This document shows positions 1 to 10,039 of a stretch of 64,000 nt of DNA, piece by piece. The notes below the pieces were generated by a model. It ran no database searches. It had not been told where the DNA came from and saw only the letters and a list, made by a program, of their open reading frames with translations. Numbering within the stretch: position 1 is the stretch's first letter; the number at the start of each line of letters is the position of its first letter. The DNA is taken from IMG/VR virus record IMGVR_UViG_3300011008_002712; one strand, given 5' to 3'. Made by a program: the position numbers and the translations under genes. Origin of the DNA: a virus (taxonomy: Duplodnaviria > Caudoviricetes).

Positions 1-96
1 GTAGGCATATCCAATTACCTCCTTCGGTGGTACTGTTTCTTACTATTATTATACGCTATTTCTCGTCAAAAATCAACCATTTGTTGTGACAGAGCC
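1..96 (-). mobile_element. Left end of an IS1595-family (ISPna2 group, ISSag10/MTnSag1-like) insertion sequence; transposase starts at nt 8 and runs off the window
   Basis: Minus strand reads GGCTCTGTCACAAC (GGCnnTG terminus), then promoter TTGATT-N17-TATAAT, RBS GAAGGAGG and ATG CCT AC (M-P-T). An AT-rich flank TTAAAAAA abuts the end, and the end truncates a plus-strand reading frame. Confidence 0.6.
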
Positions 97-354
97 TTAA
101 AAAATAATTCTCCTTATGCAATCGATATATATGTATTTGAAAATAAAGAAACTAAAGAAAAGTATAGCGCTGTTATTACTGAAAAAATTGACACGGAATG
201 GATTTCAAATGAATGGCCGGAAATGAGCATTATTGCTGGTGATGAAAAAACTGTATTAGCAATGAATGAAATTCATGGAATAGAAATAGATACTTGGTTA
301 AACAATTTAGGTGACGCCGCAAAACAATGTGAAAAAGTAGAAAGGGGTCTATGA
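97..354 (+). pseudogene. 3' remnant of a phage gene interrupted by the IS
   Basis: Open frame LKNNSPYAIDIYVFENKE...VERGL* with no start codon at its 5' end after the IS end; its TGA overlaps the next ATG (ATGA coupling). Confidence 0.6.
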
Positions 355-920
355 TGAATCTCGATGATTTTAAAGATTTACAAATATATGTGAACAATCA
401 AATTCGTCACGAAGAGAAAGTATGCGACATTTTTTATTCTCTGTTAAACACTGATATAAAAAACATTTTAAAAAATAAAGAATGGGTTATTTGGTTTAAC
501 AGTTTTACTCAAAAAAATGGTAAAATTCAAAAAGGTCTTTTTTTGCCTTATCTTGGAACAAAAACAGATAGAACGGAAAGGTACTACAACATTCTGCATT
601 GTTGGGATAGCGATGGCTCATCGTATAATGCAAAAAGTGATGAAGCAATCATACAAACAAAAATTTTTTTCTCTGAAAAAGAAACACATTGGAAAATTGA
701 AGAAATAGAAAATGATAAATTTTTATTAGAACTTTTTTTTCAAAATAATTTTGAAGTGTTGGATGAAGGCACGTTGTGGAATGTCATAGATAGTTTTGTA
801 AAATTTGATAAAAAGTATGTTCCTTCAAGACTATATACCAAAAATAAGAAAACATATGATTTAACGTTAGAAGAATGTTATCAAGCATGGAAAATTGATA
901 AGTTGGGATCGGGGCGATAA
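351..920 (+). CDS. hypothetical protein
   Basis: 189-aa ORF, RBS-like AAGGGG, translationally coupled to the upstream frame. Confidence 0.75.
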   Translation: MMNLDDFKDLQIYVNNQIRHEEKVCDIFYSLLNTDIKNILKNKEWVIWFNSFTQKNGKIQKGLFLPYLGTKTDRTERYYNILHCWDSDGSSYNAKSDEAIIQTKIFFSEKETHWKIEEIENDKFLLELFFQNNFEVLDEGTLWNVIDSFVKFDKKYVPSRLYTKNKKTYDLTLEECYQAWKIDKLGSGR

Positions 921-946
921 ATAATGGGTGGAATTTATTCCACCCA

Positions 947-1324
947 TTATATTTTTCGTTTATACAGATCATATATTTTACCATTTATTTCTACTGTTTT
1001 TACAAATAATGTTTCAACATCTATCCCCATTTTCGTTATTGCACTTAGAATGTTATCATCTTTACATAAATTAGCAAGAATATCATTATGCTCCATAACT
1101 AAAACACGCATAGCACATGGGTTCTTAATTTCATCTAATTCATTGTCTTTTTCTAATGGTTCAATGGAATTAATTACTTGCGGACTTCCCATTAGCAAAT
1201 ATGTACAATGATCAACTTCTAAAATAATCATAGGACGTTCGAAATCTCTTCCGGCAAAAACTCTTCTTACATTTGTATATCCTTTTTTGGGAAATCTTAT
1301 GGTATCTTCTAATAACAAACTCAC
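947..1324 (-). CDS. hypothetical protein
   Basis: 125-aa ORF with GGAGTG RBS. Confidence 0.75.
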   Translation of the reverse strand: MSLLLEDTIRFPKKGYTNVRRVFAGRDFERPMIILEVDHCTYLLMGSPQVINSIEPLEKDNELDEIKNPCAMRVLVMEHNDILANLCKDDNILSAITKMGIDVETLFVKTVEINGKIYDLYKRKI

Positions 1325-1541
1325 ATTATCACTCCAATTAAATATGTCTATTCAATAATTTTGTTATTGGTCATTAATCTAACAATGTCTAATTGATTTA
1401 AATTAGTACAATATGTTGAATTATTAAATTTGAATATGCAAATATGTTCTTTTTCTAAAATTTCTTTAAATGATTTTCTAAATTTTATGTTTACAATTTT
1501 GTCAATTACTGGCATATTTTTTACCTTATTTTATTATAACA

Positions 1542-1568
1542 AAAAGAGAGAATGTTTATTCTCTCTTT
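1542..1568 (-). terminator. Rho-independent terminator
   Basis: AAAGAGAGAAT..ATTCTCTCTTT hairpin directly after the 851-aa gene. Confidence 0.7.
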
Positions 1569-1581
1569 CGTTTATATATGA

Positions 1582-4137
1582 TTAGTTTCCTTCTAAGACA
1601 GCAACTTTTGCTTCTAATTCTTCTATACGAGCAATCAGTGCACTAATATCATCTTTTACAGCAATTTCTCTACCTGGAGCAAAATTATTAGCATTTCCAC
1701 CAGTTACTCCCTTGCTGTAAAATGCTCCCAATTCAGGATTAAATGACATTCTGACGCCAATATTTGTAGTTTTGTTTTTCGTATAGATTTGACATGCAAC
1801 TTTATCTACATCACTCCAATGGTTTACGCCAACAAAGCTAAGAGTATCTTTGTCTTTAGTCAGAACTTGCGCCCCACCTCCTGAATTCTCGTTCCACAGC
1901 TTTGCGTAACTTCCATCGGCTTTCGTATTAGTTGTATCAAAATATCCGTTATTATTCCATACTTTAGAAGCATCAAGTTTGCTACTCAAAAGTGAATTCA
2001 TTTCAGTCTTAGTAAAGACATCATTTGAATTTGCTTTTTCAGCAAGTTCATTTTTAGTTGCTAAAGTAGAAACATCAGGAAGCTCACTCTTATCTGCTTT
2101 TGCAACAAGATCATTTATTGTAGCAAAATTACTAACATCAGGAATATCTCCTTTGACAGCTACTTCGCGATCTGCAGGGAAACCTAAATTGGTTGAATTC
2201 TTCAGGTAGAACATACCTTTTGTAGCAGATAAATTCACGCGGAGTCCTATGTTTGTGTCTTTATCCTTGCTATAAAGTTGAATATCAACATCGCTACCAG
2301 CAGTAGAAGGCTTATTGACGCCAACGTAGCTCAATGTATTTGTTTTAGCATTGAAATATTGATTGCCGCCACCAGAATTCTTTTCTTGCCAGAATAAATT
2401 ATAGCTTCCATCATCATCAGTTTGTTTTACATAAAAGACTCCATTTTTGAAAAGATCTTTTGTATCTGCTTTAGCACTTAATGCAGCATCTAATGTGGAG
2501 TTATTAACTAAATCACTGATATCTGGAATTTCAGTCTTATCGGCTTTCAATGCAACTGCATCTTTAGTTGCTAAATTATCGAGACTGGACACATCAGCTT
2601 TTAATGCAAGAGCTTCTGCAACTTCCATTTTATCTGCTTTGTTTGAAATATCTGGAATTTCAGATTTATCAGCTTTATTTGCAATATCATTAGCAGTAAT
2701 AAATTCGCTTACATCTGGAATCTCTGACTTTTCTGCTTTAGAAGCAATATCTTCGGCTTTTAAGAATTCACTAACGTCAGGAATTTCATTTTTTTCTGCA
2801 AATTTTGCATCTGATTGAGCTCTAGTATATACATCAGTAAGATCTGCTTCTTTTTCGAGAAGGCCATCAATCATTTCTTTAGTATAAGTTTCTGCTTTAG
2901 AATAAATGTCTTCTAAATTCGCCTTAGCTGCAAGTAAATCGACAACTTCTTCTTTTGTATAAGTAGAATCTTTATCTGCTTTGTTAGCAATTTCTGACTT
3001 GATTTCAGTATCATCATAAGCAAGATTTGCAAGTTCTTGTTTTGTAGCTAAAAGATCTAATGAAGCTTTATCAGCTTTCTCAGAAAGAGCAGTGCTTACA
3101 CTAGTTTTAGTTGCATAAGGAGTTACATCTGGGATGTCTGTTTTGTCAGCTTTTAATGCAACCTCATCTTTAGTTGCAAGATTTGAAATATCTGGAATTT
3201 CAGTTTTATCTGCTTTTAATGCTAATGCGTCATTTACTGAAGAAATGTCAGCTTTACCAGAAATGTCTGGCATTTCAATATTATTGATAGCATCTGTTAC
3301 TTCTGTTTTTGTAGCAAAATTAGAAACATCTGGAATATCTTCTTTATTTGCTTTTGCAGCAAGACCTTCATTAACATCGGCTGTATTTGCTTTCGTGTCT
3401 AACAAAGCATTGACATCTTCAGTTTTCGCAAAACCAGAAACATCAGGAATTTCAGATTTGTTAGCTTTTGCGGTTAACATGATGTTGACATCATTAGTAG
3501 TAGCAAAAGCTTCTGCATCAATTTTATCAAGTTTTTCGGCTAATTTTTCATCTGTTTGAGCGCGAGTATATACATCAGTAAGATCTGCTTCTTTTTCAAG
3601 AAGTTCATTAATCATATCCTTTGTGTAAGTCTCTGCTTTAGAGTAAATATCATTTAAATTAGCTTTAGCTTCTAAAAGAGAAAGTACTTCATCTTTAGTA
3701 TAAGTTGTTTCTTTATCTGCTTTTGAGTTAATAGATATTTTTATTTCAGCATCGTCATAAGCTGCTGATGCAACATCATCTTTAGTAGCAAAATTAGAAA
3801 CATCTGGAATTTCAGTTTTATCTGCTTTTTCTGATAAAGTGACATCTAATTGATCTTTTGTATAGACATCTGTTTTGTTTGCTTTATCATTTAAAGATTC
3901 TGAAACTTCAGAAATTGAAGTTTTAATATCTGTATCATCATACTTAGAAGCTTCTACTTCGTCTTTAGTAGCAAGACCAGTGAGATCTACATCAAGATTT
4001 TCTCTTATTACTTCTTTTACAACTGTTTCTTTGACTTGCGTAATAATTTGCTGAGATGCAGTTTCTACACGCTCAGCATTCTTATTTGACATATTTTTTA
4101 CAACGCTTCTTGTTAATTCTTGAATGCTTTCAGACAT
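1582..4137 (-). CDS. Fibre-like virion protein with KADKxEIPDVSxFATK / YTKxE repeats and two tandem C-terminal globular domains
   Basis: Many short coiled repeats, a duplicated DGSY..W.E.NSGGG..LS.VGVN..TNIG.R..REI/VAVK domain, and a C-terminal LIARIEELEAKV coiled coil. Confidence 0.7.
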   Translation of the reverse strand: MSESIQELTRSVVKNMSNKNAERVETASQQIITQVKETVVKEVIRENLDVDLTGLATKDEVEASKYDDTDIKTSISEVSESLNDKANKTDVYTKDQLDVTLSEKADKTEIPDVSNFATKDDVASAAYDDAEIKISINSKADKETTYTKDEVLSLLEAKANLNDIYSKAETYTKDMINELLEKEADLTDVYTRAQTDEKLAEKLDKIDAEAFATTNDVNIMLTAKANKSEIPDVSGFAKTEDVNALLDTKANTADVNEGLAAKANKEDIPDVSNFATKTEVTDAINNIEMPDISGKADISSVNDALALKADKTEIPDISNLATKDEVALKADKTDIPDVTPYATKTSVSTALSEKADKASLDLLATKQELANLAYDDTEIKSEIANKADKDSTYTKEEVVDLLAAKANLEDIYSKAETYTKEMIDGLLEKEADLTDVYTRAQSDAKFAEKNEIPDVSEFLKAEDIASKAEKSEIPDVSEFITANDIANKADKSEIPDISNKADKMEVAEALALKADVSSLDNLATKDAVALKADKTEIPDISDLVNNSTLDAALSAKADTKDLFKNGVFYVKQTDDDGSYNLFWQEKNSGGGNQYFNAKTNTLSYVGVNKPSTAGSDVDIQLYSKDKDTNIGLRVNLSATKGMFYLKNSTNLGFPADREVAVKGDIPDVSNFATINDLVAKADKSELPDVSTLATKNELAEKANSNDVFTKTEMNSLLSSKLDASKVWNNNGYFDTTNTKADGSYAKLWNENSGGGAQVLTKDKDTLSFVGVNHWSDVDKVACQIYTKNKTTNIGVRMSFNPELGAFYSKGVTGGNANNFAPGREIAVKDDISALIARIEELEAKVAVLEGN

Positions 4138-4171
4138 GCTTATTCACCTCGTAAATAAAATAAAATTCTTA

Positions 4172-4489
4172 TCATTGACTAATTTCATTATTGATTTGTT
4201 GTAATGTTGAAGCGATAGCTTCTGCAATTTTTGCATCTACTTCTTCCTTTGTATAAAAAACAGCGGTTGTTTGATCTGGTTGTTCAATACTGCTTTGCGC
4301 AGCGATTTCTTCATTTAATTGATTTAACGTATTAGCAATAGCAGAATTGATCTGCTCTTCGATTTGTTCTTTTGTATATACATCATTTAAGATTTCATCT
4401 TTTATGGTAGAAGTAATGAATGTTTGATCTACTAATAGTTTTTTTACTATTGATCTAATTAGTGTAAAAATGTCATGCATATCAATCAC
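4172..4489 (-). CDS. Small fibre-associated protein with two YTKE(Q/E)..I..AIA.TL.Q.N.EI repeats
   Basis: The repeat matches the C-terminus of the 872-aa neighbour. Confidence 0.7.
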   Translation of the reverse strand: MIDMHDIFTLIRSIVKKLLVDQTFITSTIKDEILNDVYTKEQIEEQINSAIANTLNQLNEEIAAQSSIEQPDQTTAVFYTKEEVDAKIAEAIASTLQQINNEISQ

Positions 4490-4504
4490 TTCTCTTTAGT
4501 AAGA

Positions 4505-4531
4505 GAGGACTCCCTTTTTTGAGGAGTCCTC
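4505..4531 (-). terminator. Hairpin/terminator
   Basis: GAGGACTCC..GGAGTCCTC inverted repeat between genes. Confidence 0.6.
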
Positions 4532-4537
4532 AATTTA

Positions 4538-7156
4538 TTAAGAATTTATTTCGTTTCTAATTTGTTCTAGTACACTAGTAATTGCATTATTAATCGCTTC
4601 ATCTACTTGCTCTTTCGTGTACATATTCGCCAATAAAGCATCAACTTCTTCTTTTGTATATACTGTTGATGCATCTGGTTTGTTTGCAAGATTATTAATT
4701 ATTTCATCAACTGATTCTTTGGAAGCTTTTGCATTCAAGAAAGCATTAATTTCAATTTTTGAATAAACTTTATCATTATCTGCTTTTGTATTTAATGCTG
4801 CGCTTACATCATCAGATGATGCTTTACTAGAAAGTTCTGTCTTAATATCATTAGAATCATTTTCTAATGTATTTACTCTTGCTTCTAACGCTTCTACTTC
4901 GCTCTTGTCTGATTTTGAATCAAACTTATCATTAATTGCATTAACTTCATTTTCTACATGTGCAATAGTAGCGTAACCATCTAAAGAAGGAATTTCTGTT
5001 TTATCAGCCTTAGCATTAAGTTTATCATCAACATCTGTTGTTTTTGCATAATCATCTAATTTACTAATATCTGCTTTTGCATTAAGAAGATTATCAACTT
5101 GAGATATAGTATAAACTTCATCTTTATTGACTTCTAAATCGAGAAGTTCTTGTATTTTCTCAGCAGAATATGTATCTACTTTTCTATATACTTCTTCAAG
5201 ATTAGCTTTTGCTTCAAGCAATGAAACTATTTCATCTTTTGTATATACATCAGAAGAATTAGCTTTTCCGTTGATTGCATCTTCTACATCTGATAATTCA
5301 ACTTTAACATCATCCACTATAGATGATAAATTGTCAAGACTTTCTTGTGAGGCTTTAGAAGATACTTCTTCGTTGTTTAAGGAAACATATTCATCAAACT
5401 CATTTTTGTTATTTGAAACGGTTTCAGAAATTCCAGATACAGAATCTTTGATTTCGTTGATATTTTCAGTAAGAGTTCCAAAAGTATCTTGTGTTGCTTT
5501 GAAATCTTTTTTATATTCTGTCTGAGTAACGATAGAAGAAGCAACGTCTGTAAGAGTTTTATTTAATGCAGCGGAAAGTTCTGCTACGTTGTTTTCTAAT
5601 ACATTGAACTCATTATTGTCAACTTTAGCATTAGCTATGTCATCTATTTCATGTTTTGTATATACATTATCTGAATCAGCTTTTGCTGCAACATTTGCAT
5701 TATTATCTTCTACATATGTTTCAAATGAATTTTTTAATTCATTAGCATTGTTTTCAATAGAATTAAATTTTTCATCTGATTCATTTTTTGTATATACATC
5801 CTCTGCGTTTGCTTTAGCATTAACTTTTTCATCGTTAGCAGTAACATAATCATTATATTGCTCAGAAAGTTCAACTAAAGAATCTGATAATACTGAAAGT
5901 TCTCCATCTACTTCACTTTTTGTATATACTTCATCTTTATTTGCTTTGCTATCTGCTAAAGTATCAATTTCTTCTTTTGTATATACACTAGCTTTATCTG
6001 CTTTTTCATCAAATTTAGCATCTGATTCTTTGATAGAATATACTTCTTCCAAGTTTGCTTTTTCGATCAATAGATTGTCAACATCTGCATTTGTATATAC
6101 GTCTCCAACATTGACTTTGCCTCTAAGCATAGCGTCACTTTGTGATCTGCTATATACTGAATCTACATTTGCTTTTCCAGCTATCATATCATCAATATTG
6201 GTTTTTGTATATGTGTCATCTCTTGTTAGAACATTGACAAGTTTGTCATCTATCTCACTTTTAGTATATACATTGTCAGCATCAGCTTTTAATTCAATTT
6301 TTTCTAAACGAGGATCGTTATCTCCTACAGCTATTGGAGCTAATGCATCTTCTGGATCAACTGAAAGACGAAGTACACCATCAACATTAGAAGATGCTTT
6401 CTTTAAAGAACCATCAATGCTTAATGCTGTTGGGAATTCATTCCAAGTGATACCATCATTTGTAAATTCCCAAGCACCTTCATTATTGTTACGTCTTTCA
6501 TTAAATCTAATTCCAACACTCAATTCTGAACCACGAGATACCATAATTCCAGAAGAAGCTGTTGGTACTCCAGTTTGAGCATTATTTAATGTAAATACAG
6601 CAGAAGATGTTCCGGGAACTTCATCTATTTTTTCACTAAAACGTTCAAGATCTGCTTTTGTTGCTTTAGTATCTAATTCTTCTTTTAATCCAGTAATTGA
6701 AGAAATTGGATGCAAATTTGGTTGATCACAATTATCTAAAATGGTGTGATCTCCAGGATGATATCCGCTAGCTAAAAATGGACGAATATCTTCAATCATA
6801 TCTTCAGTAATAGCTGTTGTATTTGCTCCGATATAAATAGCAGCTAATGGAAGCATATTTTTTTCAATTGTTGGTAATTCTGGAGCTCTATTTTTAATTT
6901 CACCAGAAGAAACAAAAATAGTTCCCTGTGGAGTAATACCAACAACAACCCATTTATATCCAGTTACTGGAGCTTGAATCATTGGAGAAGTACCACCTTC
7001 AAATTCAACGAGCTTCATGCGAGAAGTGTAATAAGAACCTTCATTGACACGCACTGTCATATTAGGATTAGCTTGAGGACGAACACGCAGTTCTTCCATG
7101 GCAACTCCTAATTTACGATATTCACTACCGCTTACTGGTTTATTCATAACTTTCAC
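4538..7156 (-). CDS. Long fibre protein with VYTKxExD repeats
   Basis: 872 aa: N-terminal anchor domain, HPISSITGL fibre motif, many KA(D/N)xxxVYTKxE repeats. Confidence 0.7.
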   Translation of the reverse strand: MKVMNKPVSGSEYRKLGVAMEELRVRPQANPNMTVRVNEGSYYTSRMKLVEFEGGTSPMIQAPVTGYKWVVVGITPQGTIFVSSGEIKNRAPELPTIEKNMLPLAAIYIGANTTAITEDMIEDIRPFLASGYHPGDHTILDNCDQPNLHPISSITGLKEELDTKATKADLERFSEKIDEVPGTSSAVFTLNNAQTGVPTASSGIMVSRGSELSVGIRFNERRNNNEGAWEFTNDGITWNEFPTALSIDGSLKKASSNVDGVLRLSVDPEDALAPIAVGDNDPRLEKIELKADADNVYTKSEIDDKLVNVLTRDDTYTKTNIDDMIAGKANVDSVYSRSQSDAMLRGKVNVGDVYTNADVDNLLIEKANLEEVYSIKESDAKFDEKADKASVYTKEEIDTLADSKANKDEVYTKSEVDGELSVLSDSLVELSEQYNDYVTANDEKVNAKANAEDVYTKNESDEKFNSIENNANELKNSFETYVEDNNANVAAKADSDNVYTKHEIDDIANAKVDNNEFNVLENNVAELSAALNKTLTDVASSIVTQTEYKKDFKATQDTFGTLTENINEIKDSVSGISETVSNNKNEFDEYVSLNNEEVSSKASQESLDNLSSIVDDVKVELSDVEDAINGKANSSDVYTKDEIVSLLEAKANLEEVYRKVDTYSAEKIQELLDLEVNKDEVYTISQVDNLLNAKADISKLDDYAKTTDVDDKLNAKADKTEIPSLDGYATIAHVENEVNAINDKFDSKSDKSEVEALEARVNTLENDSNDIKTELSSKASSDDVSAALNTKADNDKVYSKIEINAFLNAKASKESVDEIINNLANKPDASTVYTKEEVDALLANMYTKEQVDEAINNAITSVLEQIRNEINS

Positions 7157-7287
7157 CTACCTAAAGTTTTTGTATATTTTGATATCAAAACATGCAAATA
7201 ATTCGCATTTCTCAATAATCTAATAAAAAACATTAATGTTTTTATTAGTAAAGCATTTCAAATAAAAAGAGCCATTTTAACGGCTCT

Positions 7288-7665
7288 TTATATCATATGC
7301 AATGCAGATGCTGTAGCAGAAACAATTTTTCCATCATGTGTTTGAATTTCATATAGTTGTTTATAATTTTTTTCATAAGGACCATATACTATGGTCGCAT
7401 TCTTTCCTCTATATGTTACGATTTCTCCAGAATTGAATATTTTTTCTTGTTTTTTCTTTTTGGGTTTCATTATGGTTGCTTTTGTGGATATTCTAGCGTC
7501 ATCAAAACATTGAAGAATATCATCGTCATCTATTGTATCTGCTAAATTTTTTTCATCTTCATCGTCATCATCTTCAAAATATTTATTATATTGAGAAGAA
7601 CGTTCATCATAGTCATAATTATAATCATTATAACCATCGTAATCATCATAATATTTATTTCTCAT
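7288..7665 (-). CDS. Acidic hypothetical protein with C-terminal SH3/KOW-like segment
   Basis: Y/D-rich N-terminus, FNSGEIVTYRG..ATIV motif, GGAGAGG RBS. Confidence 0.65.
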   Translation of the reverse strand: MRNKYYDDYDGYNDYNYDYDERSSQYNKYFEDDDDEDEKNLADTIDDDDILQCFDDARISTKATIMKPKKKKQEKIFNSGEIVTYRGKNATIVYGPYEKNYKQLYEIQTHDGKIVSATASALHMI

Positions 7666-7798
7666 TATTTCCTCTCCAAAATTTTATTTTCTACTCCAAA
7701 AATATTGATAAACGTAAAGTTTATTACTAAAAATTCAAATTATTTTATTACAAAAAAGCGACAACAAAAAAGCAGCAAAATATTTGCTGCTTTTTAAA

Positions 7799-8014
7799 TT
7801 ATCTTGCATCAACAATAGAATCTGTCATGATTCCCTTTTCTTTTAAAAAACCATATAAATCAGACATATCGAAGCCGCCTTTTGATGCAAATCTTCCTAC
7901 TGCTTCAGCAACTAATTCTGACGTTGGTTCAACGCCCATATATTGAAGCATTTCAGTAACAGATGTATTATCATTATACATTGCCAAAATGCTATGTCCT
8001 TTTAATAGTCCCAT
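7799..8014 (-). CDS. hypothetical protein
   Basis: 71 aa, GAGG RBS, followed by an AAAAGCAGC..GCTGCTTTT terminator. Confidence 0.7.
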   Translation of the reverse strand: MGLLKGHSILAMYNDNTSVTEMLQYMGVEPTSELVAEAVGRFASKGGFDMSDLYGFLKEKGIMTDSIVDAR

Positions 8015-8026
8015 ATTTAATACCTC

Positions 8027-9214
8027 TCACTTTTTATAATGAATCGTATTGTCTTTTTTGTTTACAGCAAATTCTTTTTCGCAATTTGCACATTTAACGC
8101 CAATAACATCATTTTTTATATCTACTGCAGATAAATGTTTTTGATGACAAAATGGGCATATCTGATTAGAAAATTCATATATAGCATCAGGATCTTCTAA
8201 AAGAATAATATCTTCTTCAGGTTGTTCTAATTCTTCAGACGAATCAGAAACAGCGTCTTCTGGTTCTACTCCATTTTCAACAACATCTTCTACTACTTCT
8301 TTTGCTTCTTCAATGCTATCATCTACTATATCTTGAAGATTTTCTTTTACATCATCAAGAATTTCTTTTAAGAAATCGGCGTTCAATTTACCGCGCTCCT
8401 CTTGCTTAGATAAATCTAACTCATGCTCTTTATCAATTATTTTTTGAGAAAGTTCAATGCCTTCATTTACATGTTTCATTTCTTCATCTTGACATTTTAA
8501 ATCATATTGATCATTTTTGGGAGCAGTATATGCACGATACAATTCGGCATATTTATTTTCTAATTTTGCTAATCTTTCTTCTAATTGGTTTGAAGGATTT
8601 TCAGTTTCTTTTTCCGTTTCTTGAGGTGACTCAAACTTTGCAATAAGATTCTCAACCAATTCTCTAAGTTCTTTGACTTCGTTTTTTAATGATGCAAATT
8701 CATCGTCAGATTCTGATTCTTCGTCTTCTTGTACATCATCATCATCTTCTTCCAACATGATTTGCTCTAACTCTTTAGTTAAATCATCTTCGTCTTCTTG
8801 TTCGTTTTGTTCTTCTAAAACTTCTTCTACAACTGGAGCGTCAGGCTGAGTAACATCAATAATTCCTTCGTTTTCTGAAGCTTCTTGAACAGAATCTTTT
8901 GGATCTTCTGGCAATTGATCCAATGAGTTATCTGATTGCGAATCATCTGAAGCTGTAACGGTATTTGCATTCAAAAATTTATCAACCTCATCAATAGATG
9001 AAGCATGTTCAATCTCTTTTACTATCGTTGCAAATTTGTTATATAAAGTTGCTCCATTTTCGTCAAATCTTACATAAAATGTTTCACCTTCCCAATTTAC
9101 TGTTGGAAGATTTAAAACTTTTGTTTCTGCAATAATATTTTTTTGTTCTGATTTCTTTTGAAGAATTCCAGCGAGATCATTAAGCCAAGCTGGTAAAGAA
9201 CCGACTTTATTCAC
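8027..9214 (-). CDS. Highly acidic coiled-coil protein with C-terminal Zn ribbon (possible head scaffold/internal protein)
   Basis: D/E-rich with heptad segments; CPFC..CANC motif. Confidence 0.6.
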   Translation of the reverse strand: MNKVGSLPAWLNDLAGILQKKSEQKNIIAETKVLNLPTVNWEGETFYVRFDENGATLYNKFATIVKEIEHASSIDEVDKFLNANTVTASDDSQSDNSLDQLPEDPKDSVQEASENEGIIDVTQPDAPVVEEVLEEQNEQEDEDDLTKELEQIMLEEDDDDVQEDEESESDDEFASLKNEVKELRELVENLIAKFESPQETEKETENPSNQLEERLAKLENKYAELYRAYTAPKNDQYDLKCQDEEMKHVNEGIELSQKIIDKEHELDLSKQEERGKLNADFLKEILDDVKENLQDIVDDSIEEAKEVVEDVVENGVEPEDAVSDSSEELEQPEEDIILLEDPDAIYEFSNQICPFCHQKHLSAVDIKNDVIGVKCANCEKEFAVNKKDNTIHYKK

Positions 9215-9225
9215 TTATATCACTC

Positions 9226-9417
9226 CTATAAATTAAGGCCCTGTTGCATTGACCATTCTGGTAATGTAAAATCATGATTAAATTCATATGTTAATTGTTT
9301 TTCAAACTGGTCTTCTATTTCTCCATGCTCAATCATTTTTTTTTCATATGTTGGAAATTCAAATCCAATTTGAATTGGAACTTGACGATGCGTTATTGGG
9401 CGTCCCAAACGTTTCAT
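9226..9417 (-). CDS. Small protein with MKRL leader
   Basis: GAGGTG RBS; begins MKRLGR. Confidence 0.7.
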   Translation of the reverse strand: MKRLGRPITHRQVPIQIGFEFPTYEKKMIEHGEIEDQFEKQLTYEFNHDFTLPEWSMQQGLNL

Positions 9418-9431
9418 TTAAAAACACCTCT

Positions 9432-9806
9432 TTATACATTAGGAAAATCGCTATCACCAAGAAACAATGGTTTAACTTTCAATATCATATCTTGTTGTTT
9501 TTCGACTAAATCATCTAAATCTTTTTTTATTAATAATTTTGTTTTAGCGAAATTTTCAGCATAACTTATACCTTTTAATGCTATTGCTAATTCGCAAAAT
9601 AATTCGAAACTCTTCTCAAAATCATCTCCATCGTATAAAGAAGAAGAATCAAAAGCAGAATCGCATGTTATCGAATAAAAAGGCTTATTATTAAGAAGAC
9701 GAACTTGATATGCATAAAATAATCCACCAGCAGTAATAAAGCTCTCTAAAATTTTAATAGGTTTTGATGCAAATTTTTTTCTTAGTCTTTTCATCTGTAT
9801 ATCCAT
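9432..9806 (-). CDS. Hypothetical protein; likely true start MKRLRKK at 9794
   Basis: The ATG at 9794 overlaps the upstream stop (ATGA). Confidence 0.7.
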   Translation of the reverse strand: MDIQMKRLRKKFASKPIKILESFITAGGLFYAYQVRLLNNKPFYSITCDSAFDSSSLYDGDDFEKSFELFCELAIALKGISYAENFAKTKLLIKKDLDDLVEKQQDMILKVKPLFLGDSDFPNV

Positions 9807-10039
9807 CTTTCGCTAGAAGACCAGAGCCCTGGAATTCCAGGGCGCATTTGTGTGTTTATCAAATTATCATCATAATCGATTAACATATTTCCTGGCTGAA
9901 TAAAAAATGTTTTCTTTTCATCATTAACTTGGTTTTTCATAACCTGAGGTTTATTTTCAGAAACATACTTTTTATCCATTAATTCTCTATATTGGTTTTC
10001 TAGCCTATTTATGTCTATAGTTTTACACAATCTTTTCAT
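9791..10039 (-). CDS. Small protein with MKRL leader
   Basis: Begins MKRLCK; ATGA-coupled to the 1090-aa gene. Confidence 0.7.
   Translation of the reverse strand: MKRLCKTIDINRLENQYRELMDKKYVSENKPQVMKNQVNDEKKTFFIQPGNMLIDYDDNLINTQMRPGIPGLWSSSERWIYR

Noticed and set aside
1979-6578. Plus-strand ORFs of 76-210 aa over the fibre genes
   Set aside because: Antisense shadows of repetitive coding sequence; Ser/Leu/Phe-rich with no RBS.
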